Source of the DNA: an archaeon
GTDB lineage: Archaea > EX4484-52 > B79-G9
DNA: 10,966 nucleotides
NCBI GenBank assembly: GCA_043813875.1
Contig: JBDRKP010000048.1
Location: 1-10,966 of the forward strand
Reading direction: 5' to 3'
The translations under genes were made by a program, and so were the position numbers. Positions 1 to 6,528 of the stretch are shown piece by piece. The notes under the pieces are model-generated. The model was not told the origin of the DNA, did no database searches, and was given only the letters and a program-made list of their open reading frames with translations. Position 1 is the stretch's first letter; every line of letters starts with the position of its first letter.

Positions 1-294
1 AATAATAATAGTTATAATAATAATGTGGTGATAAGAGAGGATGAGAGGAATGAAATAGTGAGATGAAATATTTATATTGAAATGTTAAAAAATAAGCAAC
101 ATCTGGCTTACAATGGATGTGAAATTAATAGGAATCTAAATTGAAGCGCATAAATAGATTTAATATATAATCGATGTCTAATGCCTTATTTTTGTGGTTT
201 GTATGGTTTTGTGTTTTAAGGGGTTTTTGATATTTTTGAATAAGTGAGAATTTATGTAGAATTGGTGCCTAGAATAGGAATAATAGGAACAGGA

Positions 295-485
295 CTTCTA
301 GTGGAAGGGATTGTTTTTGTAGAAATCAGAGGCAATATGGTTTGGGTTGTGTTTTTTTAATATTTAACATGGTCTGTTGTTGCTCTTTTTGAGTTTTGCC
401 TGTTTGCTTTTTGTTTACTTTTTTTGTGGATTTGTTGTTAACGTGGGTTGCAGTGGAAGTGAGGGTGTCTGTGTTAATTGGAAAC
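295..485 (+). other. ORB-like motifs flanking a T-rich tract; possible replication origin
   Basis: CTTCTAGTGGAAGGG (295-309) and GTTGCAGTGGAAGTGAGGGTGT (447-468) resemble the ORB consensus GTTCCAGTGGAAAC..GGGG, in a long AT-rich non-coding region. Confidence 0.3.
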
Positions 486-525
486 CATGAAATCACAGAA
501 CTCGACATGCTAAGTTTTTTATTGA

Positions 526-1299
526 TTATATATCTTGTATGTTTGTTTTCAGGTTCGTTATCAGTTCGTCTATGGTTTCACATTTTGAGATTATTATGGG
601 TATGCCTTCTACTTTTGCTATCCTTTCTGCGAGCTTGTCCAGTTCTTTCAGGCCGTGAAATATTACTGCGCCTGGCTTTAAGTTTGTCACTTTTATGGCG
701 ATGAGAGGGGATCGGCCGCGCTCTACTTTCGTGAATACCAGGGCGCGTTCTGTTGTCATGCCGTATAGTTTTACAAGCTCTTTTGGCGAGAGTTCGATTA
801 TTGCTTTTATCGAGTCTATGATCGTGTAGCCGAATATGCTTTTTTTGCTGTCTTCCTGCCCTATGATTATCGTTCCGTTCACATATTTTGCGATGTCTTC
901 TAATGTGTGCGCTTTTGTTGTCTCTCGTATGTCTAATATCGCATCAGATAGTGTTTCTGTGGAGTATATGCTGTTGAATTCTCTTGAGATTATATTGCCT
1001 TTTGAGTCGTCGATTTTTAGGAAGGAGTTGACTATCTTTCTTATCATCGCGACTCCAGGGGATTTCCTTCTTCCTGATTCGTAGTCTGATATGACTGAGG
1101 GCATCAGGCCCATTTCTGTCGCGAGTTCGCGCTGGGAGATCTTGAAGATGTTGCGCCATTTCTGGATGGCGTCTCCGGGGTTTTGGGTGAGGACTATCTC
1201 TCCTGCTATTTTTTTGGCAAGCTTGTCTTTTTCGATGTCGTGCTCTTTGGCTGCCTGCTCTTTTTGGTCCTGCATGTTGTTTGTTATGGCAATCATCAT
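526..1299 (-). CDS. Archaeal Cro/C1-type HTH transcriptional regulator (COG1709-like); true start may be the Met at 1275
   Basis: IAGEIVLTQNPG..KWRNIFKISQRELA..MGLMPSVISDYESGRRKSPG HTH signature; C-terminal LYGMTTERALVFTKVERGRSPLIAIKV is typical of this archaeal family. Confidence 0.85.
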   Translation of the reverse strand: MMIAITNNMQDQKEQAAKEHDIEKDKLAKKIAGEIVLTQNPGDAIQKWRNIFKISQRELATEMGLMPSVISDYESGRRKSPGVAMIRKIVNSFLKIDDSKGNIISREFNSIYSTETLSDAILDIRETTKAHTLEDIAKYVNGTIIIGQEDSKKSIFGYTIIDSIKAIIELSPKELVKLYGMTTERALVFTKVERGRSPLIAIKVTNLKPGAVIFHGLKELDKLAERIAKVEGIPIIISKCETIDELITNLKTNIQDI

Positions 1300-1354
1300 T
1301 AAATAGGTTGTGGCTTTTTTGGATATATGTGTTCGATGGTGGTGAATGCGTTAG

Positions 1355-1362
1355 TTTATTAA
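1355..1362 (+). promoter_or_regulatory. Putative TATA box for the oxidoreductase (likely leaderless mRNA)
   Basis: TTTATTAA ends 22 nt before ATG 1385; no SD motif in between. Confidence 0.5.
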
Positions 1363-1384
1363 AATATTCTGTGATATTAACAAT

Positions 1385-2293
1385 ATGTATGACGTGATTA
1401 TAGTCGGGTCAGGTCCTGCAGGAATAGCGTGCGCGCTCCGATGCAAGGAGCTTAATGTCGAGCCTCTTGTGCTTGAGCAGGGAGTTTTGGCCAATACGCT
1501 TGCGGATTATCATCTCGGTAAAAAGATGTTTGGTGTTGTCGGTTTTTTCCAGGCGGATCCTCATGAGCTTATCGATTTCTATAGGAAGGATTTTAAGATG
1601 GCCAAGGTTGATGTGAGGGAGCATCATAAAGTGACGTCTATAAAGAAGAAGGCTGGGTTTTTTGAGGTCGCTGCCAACGATGAGGTGTTTAAGGCGAAGG
1701 CTGTTGTTGTCGCTGTCGGCGTGCAGGGCATCCCCCAGACAATAGGTGTTCCTGGCGAGGATAAGAAGCATGTTTATTATAAGCTAGAGGATCCTGCTAA
1801 ATATGCCGGCCGGAATGTCGTAGTTGTCGGTGGCGGTGATGTTGCTATTGAGGCGGCTATTGCTCTTTGTGAGGCAGGGGCGAATGTTGTTCTTTCTTAC
1901 AGGCGTCCTCTGTTTTTCCGTGTGAAGGAGCTTAATCTGAAGATGCTCGGTGAAAGCAAGGTGGATGTGAGGTTTTCGACTAATGTAACTCTAATCAAGA
2001 ACAAGAGCGTGATGCTAAGGCATCCTACCGATTCTCTTGAGGAGGTCAAGGCGGATGATGTGTTTATTTTTGTCGGCAATTTGAGGAATGTCGAGTTCTT
2101 CCGTGAGATTGGTCTTGATTTTGATGAGAAGGGCAATATCGTGTATGATGATGAGACGTTTGAGACGACTGTCAAGGGGCTTTTTGTTGCCGGCGATATA
2201 ACCAAGGATAAGTTCAAGCTCATCGTGCCTGCCATGTATCATGGTATGAAGGCGGCTTCTTATGTCCTTTCTTATAAGGTCAGAAATAAGTGA
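1385..2293 (+). CDS. FAD/NAD(P)-dependent oxidoreductase, thioredoxin-reductase fold, no CxxC (YpdA/FNR-like)
   Basis: DVIIVGSGPAG FAD motif, VVVVGGGDVAIE NAD(P) motif, TTVKGLFVAGD second FAD motif; the usual CxxC position reads HVYYKLEDP. Confidence 0.85.
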   Translation: MYDVIIVGSGPAGIACALRCKELNVEPLVLEQGVLANTLADYHLGKKMFGVVGFFQADPHELIDFYRKDFKMAKVDVREHHKVTSIKKKAGFFEVAANDEVFKAKAVVVAVGVQGIPQTIGVPGEDKKHVYYKLEDPAKYAGRNVVVVGGGDVAIEAAIALCEAGANVVLSYRRPLFFRVKELNLKMLGESKVDVRFSTNVTLIKNKSVMLRHPTDSLEEVKADDVFIFVGNLRNVEFFREIGLDFDEKGNIVYDDETFETTVKGLFVAGDITKDKFKLIVPAMYHGMKAASYVLSYKVRNK

Positions 2294-2660
2294 GTGTTAG
2301 CCGTTGGTTGTTGTCGAATCTGTCATTTGTGATGTGATTTATTCCTTCAGTGCTTATTTGGTATAATTCTATTTGTCTTTCAGAATCAGGGTCATTTTCA
2401 TATGTTTTACCTACAAGACCATTATTTTCTAATATTCGCAGTGCAATTTGTAAACTTAGTGGGTTTTGAGACTCACGATATGAATCATTATTTTCTATCA
2501 GGTAATTATGTATAGCACTATTATTTGCTTTAATTTGCATAGGATTTTCATCGGTCCCTTCTCCTATATAGAGATATTTTAGGATGGCAGGACATAGAGA
2601 GCAATTATTGAGGCCCACACGGGTTGCTAATCCATTTAGTAATAATTCGGTGTTATCCAT
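2280..2660 (-). CDS. Hypothetical protein, possible winged-helix (PadR/MarR-like) domain
   Basis: 126-aa ORF in otherwise empty space; LQIALRILENNGLV...R...YQISTEG resembles a wHTH recognition helix and wing; AT-rich. Confidence 0.55.
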   Translation of the reverse strand: MDNTELLLNGLATRVGLNNCSLCPAILKYLYIGEGTDENPMQIKANNSAIHNYLIENNDSYRESQNPLSLQIALRILENNGLVGKTYENDPDSERQIELYQISTEGINHITNDRFDNNQRLTLTYF

Positions 2661-2752
2661 AGTGCTACTTTATGCTAGTAATTATTAAATGTCTTTTCCT
2701 ATTAGATTGTGTTTTGGAATTGTGTTATTTTGCTATTGTTTTTTCCGTAAGG

Positions 2753-2760
2753 TTTATAAT
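2753..2760 (+). promoter_or_regulatory. Putative TATA box of the RHH-PRT-queDEC-folE2 operon
   Basis: TTTATAAT preceded by CGTAAGG (BRE-like); implies a TSS near 2780-2785. Confidence 0.5.
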
Positions 2761-2856
2761 ATTATGGGGGTATTCTTCAGGTATTATCATGAGATTATCT
2801 TCGTGTTTTTGTGAGGGTAATGGATGATAGTAATGATAGTTTCAGGGTGATATGAA

Positions 2857-3030
2857 ATGCCAAAAGTCTGTGTCGAGATTCCGCAGGATATTGTTGATGA
2901 TGTGCGCGAGCATGTGGGGGATGATAAGAAGTTTGTTAATTTTTCGGATGCTGTCAGGACTGCTTTGCGCAAGATGCTTGACCAGCTCGATGAGGTTGAC
3001 CAGAGGCATGGAAGGCGAAAGGGGGAATAA
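2857..3030 (+). CDS. Ribbon-helix-helix (CopG/MetJ-type) protein, 57 aa, not in the ORF track
   Basis: Manual translation MPKVCVEIPQDIVDDVREHVGDDKKFVNFSDAVRTALRKMLDQLDEVDQRHGRRKGE; alternating N-terminal beta strand and S-D-A-V-R-x-A-L helix B; SD GGTGA at 2846-2850; stop is 3 nt before the next ATG. Confidence 0.88.
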   Translation: MPKVCVEIPQDIVDDVREHVGDDKKFVNFSDAVRTALRKMLDQLDEVDQRHGRRKGE

Positions 3031-3033
3031 TAT

Positions 3034-3498
3034 ATGATTTCTGTATCGTGGGATGAGTTTTTTGAGCTCTCACAAAAACTTGCAAAAAAAGTGCAGAAGA
3101 AGCGCTTTGATTCTGTTGTCTGTATCAACAGGGGCGGGCTTGTTGTCGGGAGGATGCTTTCTGATGCTTTGGGACTTCCTTTAGGTGTCGTCAGCGCGAA
3201 GGCTTATGATGTCGGAAGGGCTGAGCAGCGCAAGGACGTGGTCGTTGATCGGAAGATATCTATTGTTGGCGATACGGGAAAGACGGTTTTGCTTGTGGAT
3301 GATATCGCGGATAATGGGGCCACTTTTTTTGCTGTCAAATCTTTTCTTGAGCATGATCTAGGGCTAACTGTTAACACGGCGACACTTTTTAGGAAGAAGG
3401 GTTGCTTATTTGATGTTGATTTTTTTGTGTCTGATGGCGTCGGCGACTGGATCGTCATGCCTTACGAGGCCAATGAGTTCAAGGGGAGTGGTAAGTGA
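3034..3498 (+). CDS. Type I phosphoribosyltransferase (xanthine/guanine PRT-like, COG2236)
   Basis: INRGG loop, PRPP-binding motif VLLVDDIADNGAT, C-terminal WIVMPYE. Confidence 0.88.
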   Translation: MISVSWDEFFELSQKLAKKVQKKRFDSVVCINRGGLVVGRMLSDALGLPLGVVSAKAYDVGRAEQRKDVVVDRKISIVGDTGKTVLLVDDIADNGATFFAVKSFLEHDLGLTVNTATLFRKKGCLFDVDFFVSDGVGDWIVMPYEANEFKGSGK

Positions 3499-3860
3499 TG
3501 AAAGAGATGAGATTGTGCCGCGAGTTTTATTTTGATGCTGCGCATCGGCTGCCGGATTATGACGGAAAGTGCGCGAACCTGCACGGGCATACTTACAAGC
3601 TTGAGGTTGTGGTTTCTGGCAATGTGAAGAAGAAGAGCGGGATGGTTGTTGATTTTTGCGATATCAAGAAGGCTGTCAATGAGGCGGTTATCGAGAGACT
3701 TGATCATGCGAATCTGAATGATATTTTTTCAAATCCTACTGCTGAGAATATGGCGGTGTGGATCTTTGATGAGATCAGGAAGAAGTTGCCCGAGCTTTTC
3801 AGTGTGAAGCTCTGGGAGGGGCAGCATTCATGGGTGGAGTATCATGGTGAAGGTCGTTGA
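3498..3860 (+). CDS. queD: 6-carboxy-5,6,7,8-tetrahydropterin synthase
   Basis: FDAAHRL, CxxxHGH (CANLHGHTY), GMVVDF, LDH, NPTAEN; ATG overlaps the PRT stop (TGATG). Confidence 0.95.
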   Translation: MKEMRLCREFYFDAAHRLPDYDGKCANLHGHTYKLEVVVSGNVKKKSGMVVDFCDIKKAVNEAVIERLDHANLNDIFSNPTAENMAVWIFDEIRKKLPELFSVKLWEGQHSWVEYHGEGR

Positions 3861-4503
3861 GGTTTTTGGTTCCATCCAGGGCGAAGGGATTCTTACAGGC
3901 GTCCCTACTACATTTGTGAGGCTTCTGGGCTGCAATCTGTCGTGCCGGTGGTGCGATACGAAGTATGCGAAGGAGGGGGATGGGAAAGAGATGAGCCCTC
4001 AGGAGATTTTGGGCAAGGTTAAGGGCGAGCATGTGTGCATAACTGGCGGCGAGCCGCTCATGCAGGATGTTTATGAGCTGTGCAGGCTGCTTTTTGATAA
4101 CGGGAAGAAGGTGACTGTCGAGACTAATTGCACTGTCTATGACAAGAGGCTTTCTGAGTATGTTTTTCTTTATTCTGTGTCGCCGAAGCTTTCAGCCAGC
4201 GGCGAGCGATATGATGAGCGCGTACTTCGGAAGTATCTAAATCTAGATAATGTCCAGATCAAGTTTGTTGTGTGCGATGATGATGATTTTCTTGAGGCCA
4301 GGGGGATTCTTGAAAAGTACCGGAAATCTGTAAGAGATAAGGTCATTCTCCAGCCGGATGGGATGTGTCCTCTAAATGAGTATCTTAAGAGGCTTTCGTG
4401 GCTTGTGGGGAAGGTGCTAACAGATGATGTGATGCTAAAGAATAATGTGCGCGTGCTGCCGCAATTGCATAAGGTCATCTGGGGAAATAAGCGGGGTGTG
4501 TGA
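3844..4503 (+). CDS. queE: 7-carboxy-7-deazaguanine synthase (radical SAM)
   Basis: [22 protein letters not shown] (CxxxCxxC), ITGGEP, VETN, SVSPK, PQLHK. Confidence 0.95.
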   Translation: MVKVVEVFGSIQGEGILTGVPTTFVRLLGCNLSCRWCDTKYAKEGDGKEMSPQEILGKVKGEHVCITGGEPLMQDVYELCRLLFDNGKKVTVETNCTVYDKRLSEYVFLYSVSPKLSASGERYDERVLRKYLNLDNVQIKFVVCDDDDFLEARGILEKYRKSVRDKVILQPDGMCPLNEYLKRLSWLVGKVLTDDVMLKNNVRVLPQLHKVIWGNKRGV

Positions 4504-5165
4504 TGATGATGAAATGTGTCGTGCTTCTTTCCGGCGGGCTTGATTCTACCACCTGTCTTGCTATCGCGAAGAACGAGGGTTATGAGGTGTATGCGCTGAG
4601 TTTTGATTACGGGCAGAGGCATCGTGTCGAGGTGGATGCAGCGAGGGCTGTCGCAGAGAAGGTGGGTGTCGCAGAGCACAAGGTGCTTTCTATTGATTTG
4701 AGGCAGATCGGGGGTTCTGCGCTTACTGATGATATCGAGGTTCCTAAGGGGCGCTCTATTGATGATGAGATACCTGTGACTTATGTGCCTTTCAGGAATG
4801 CCATCCTTCTTTCGTTTGCGACTGCGTGGGCGGAGGTTGTCGGTGCCCGCGCTGTTTTTGCGGGGATGAATGCTATTGATTATTCCGGGTATCCGGATTG
4901 CCGGGGGGAGTTTCTTTCTGCTTTCGAGAAGGCGATGAATCTTGGGACGAAGAAGGGCGGTTTTCGGATTGTTGCGCCGCTTCTTAAGCTGACCAAGAAG
5001 GAGATTGTCCTGAGGGCGATCCATGAGGGGGCGCCGATCGAGCTTACGCATAGTTGCTATTCGCCTGTCGACGGGATGGCGTGCGGTGAGTGCGATTCGT
5101 GCCAGCTGCGGCTGAAGGGATTCAGGGAGGCGGGAATAAAGGATCCGGTGAGGTATCATGATTGA
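4503..5165 (+). CDS. queC: 7-cyano-7-deazaguanine (preQ0) synthase
   Basis: SGGLDS PP-loop, YGQRH, TYVPFRN, YPDCR, Zn ligands SCY..CGECDSC; start is one of the ATGs at 4503/4506/4509. Confidence 0.96.
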   Translation: MMMKCVVLLSGGLDSTTCLAIAKNEGYEVYALSFDYGQRHRVEVDAARAVAEKVGVAEHKVLSIDLRQIGGSALTDDIEVPKGRSIDDEIPVTYVPFRNAILLSFATAWAEVVGARAVFAGMNAIDYSGYPDCRGEFLSAFEKAMNLGTKKGGFRIVAPLLKLTKKEIVLRAIHEGAPIELTHSCYSPVDGMACGECDSCQLRLKGFREAGIKDPVRYHD

Positions 5166-5925
5166 TGTGCAGAGATCGGGTGATGAGCGAAATGTGGAGC
5201 TTGATAAGGTAGGGGTGAGGGATGTCGGTATCCCGCTGAAGATAAAGGATATGTCGCGGAAGTTCCAGCATGTCTCTAGCAAGGTCGATTGTTTTGTCAA
5301 TCTGCCGCATGATTTTCGGGGGACGCATATGTCTCGTTTTATCGAGGTGCTGAATAAGCACAGGGCGCGCGTGTTTAATTCGGATGTGGTGCGCGGGGTC
5401 CTTTCTGAATTGAAGGAGAAGCTTGATGCGGATTCGGCGCATATTGTCGTCAGGTTCCCTTATTTTGTCGAGAAGACTTCGCCTGTTTCTTCGAAGAAAA
5501 GTGTGATGGAATATGAGTGCGCATTTTTCGGGGATTTTTGTGAGAGTTTCTCGTTCATGATCGAGGTGAAGGTTCCTGTGGCGACGCTTTGCCCGTGCTC
5601 GAAGGAGATATCAGATTTCGGTGCGCATAACCAGAGGGGGATTGTGACTGTGCTTGCGCGATGCTCAAAGTTCGTGTGGATCGAGGAGATCATCAGGATG
5701 GCTGAAGAATCGGCTAGCAGTGAGGTGTTTTCTTTGCTCAAGAGGTCTGATGAGAAGTTCGTTACCGAGAGGATGTATGATAAGCCGATGTTTGTCGAGG
5801 ATGTGGTGAGGGAGGTAGTTCTTCGGCTCCGCAGGGATAAAAGGGTTTCGGGGTTCCGGGTGGAGTGTGAGAATTTCGAGTCGATTCATGCGCATAATGC
5901 GTATGCGTTGGTTGATAGGCTGTGA
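5158..5925 (+). CDS. folE2: GTP cyclohydrolase I type IB (FolE2/MptA family)
   Basis: [55 protein letters not shown]-like GGTGAGGT upstream. Confidence 0.93.
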   Translation: MIDVQRSGDERNVELDKVGVRDVGIPLKIKDMSRKFQHVSSKVDCFVNLPHDFRGTHMSRFIEVLNKHRARVFNSDVVRGVLSELKEKLDADSAHIVVRFPYFVEKTSPVSSKKSVMEYECAFFGDFCESFSFMIEVKVPVATLCPCSKEISDFGAHNQRGIVTVLARCSKFVWIEEIIRMAEESASSEVFSLLKRSDEKFVTERMYDKPMFVEDVVREVVLRLRRDKRVSGFRVECENFESIHAHNAYALVDRL

Positions 5926-5990
5926 GTTCCGGTTCTTTGGAAGCGATATCCTTTTTAAGGTTTGTGTCTACTTATTTAATTGATTTTAGT

Positions 5991-6222
5991 GCAGGGGTCG
6001 CCCAGCTGGTCAATCTTATAGAAGCATGGCTTGCTATGCTTTTTTTGTGACTAGAGGCGCCGGACTCAAGAATACGTCAATGGCAACTTTTTGAGTGCTG
6101 AGCGCGCGTTGCGCGTGATGATTTTAAGAAATCCGGTCTCGTAGGAGTTCAAGGGTTCGAATGCGGCTGATGCATTTGTTTTTGTGTCGCCTGAATTGCC
6201 GAAAATCCCTTCCCCTGCACCA
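5991..6222 (+). tRNA. tRNA-Leu(CAA) with three introns. Exons 5991-6013, 6055-6070, 6131-6161, 6206-6222; introns 6014-6054 (21/22), 6071-6130 (37/38), 6162-6205 (59/60); CCA encoded
   Basis: The spliced 87-nt product folds fully: acceptor GCAGGGG/CCCCTGC + A73 + CCA; D stem GCC/GGC; anticodon stem CCGGA/TCCGG with loop CT-CAA-GA; long variable arm CTC-GTAG-GAG; T stem AAGGG/CCCTT with loop TTCGAAT. BHB-type motifs at all three junctions. Confidence 0.93.
6088..6121 (+). ncRNA. Candidate intron-encoded box C/D guide (guide 6088-6096, box D 6098-6101, box C 6115-6121) for 2'-O-methylation of C34 of the host tRNA-Leu(CAA)
   Basis: TTTTTGAGT pairs with ACTCAAGAA (6064-6072); CTGA and GTGATGA are joined by a GC-rich hairpin; the 5th nt upstream of box D (G6093) pairs with C34 (6067). 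Confidence 0.65.
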
Positions 6223-6355
6223 CAACTTTCAGAAAGGTTGATCATCAGAGCGACCATAAAGCTTCGCTTCAACCTTCTAAAAGGTTGATCATTAGGTGTG
6301 TTTCGCTTTCGCTCAAGCACACTATTATTCTATATGGATAGCTTCGCTTTAGGTC
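6223..6355. repeat. Structured repeat element: two 23-bp palindromic direct repeats, nested inverted repeats and GCTTCGC motifs
   Basis: CAACTTTCAGAAAGGTTGATCAT (6223-6245) vs CAACCTTCTAAAAGGTTGATCAT (6270-6292), 20/23 identical; GACC(A)TAAAGC 6252-6262 pairs with GCTTTAGGTC 6346-6355. Confidence 0.7.
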
Positions 6356-6528
6356 ACTTATTTGCTTTGTTCATACACATTGTTTTTTTGTTTTTTTGAG
6401 ATTATGGATGTCTGGGTTTTTTGCTTTTTGAAAGTATCTGGTCATGTGACACAGTTTGCTTTCCGTGATTCTTTGGACTCTTTCCTATCTGTTGAAATTA
6501 TATATATTATCGCGGATGTAGTAATATC

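Noticed and set aside
1..66. Possible 3' end of an upstream CDS (NNNSYNNNVVIREDERNEIVR*)
   Set aside because: Too short and low-complexity to support without upstream sequence
326..704. ORFs 326-508 (-) and 396-704 (+)
   Set aside because: Low-complexity translations of a T-rich tract; the second overlaps the HTH gene antisense
2661..2856. Known preQ1 riboswitch upstream of the que genes
   Set aside because: No preQ1-I stem-loop with an A-rich 3' tail and no class II/III features seen by eye; an Rfam cmscan would be decisive
2852..3037. 61-aa ORF in the track (MKCQKSV...)
   Set aside because: Wrong frame; the overlapping frame 2857-3030 gives a recognisable RHH protein with proper SD spacing
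4170..5300. 376-aa minus-strand ORF and other antisense ORFs (836-1084, 1409-1771, 1897-2235, 2787-3128, 7543-8639 set, 9160-9633, 10247-10634)
   Set aside because: Shadows of well-supported genes on the opposite strand, with no recognisable motifs
6098..6130. Alternative anticodons GAG (6100-6102) or TAA (6125-6127) by alternative splicing
   Set aside because: Neither gives a 7-nt loop with purine 37 and BHB-compatible cut sites; CAA with a 37/38 intron is canonical
6162..6205. Homing endonuclease ORFs in the tRNA introns
   Set aside because: All four introns are 41-60 nt, too short to code
6223..6292. Mini CRISPR array (two 23-bp palindromic repeats with a 24-nt spacer)
   Set aside because: Only two non-identical repeats, a short spacer that is part of a larger stem, and no cas genes or leader
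6066..6320. 84-aa minus-strand ORF
   Set aside because: Overlaps the tRNA-Leu gene and the repeat element; no protein features
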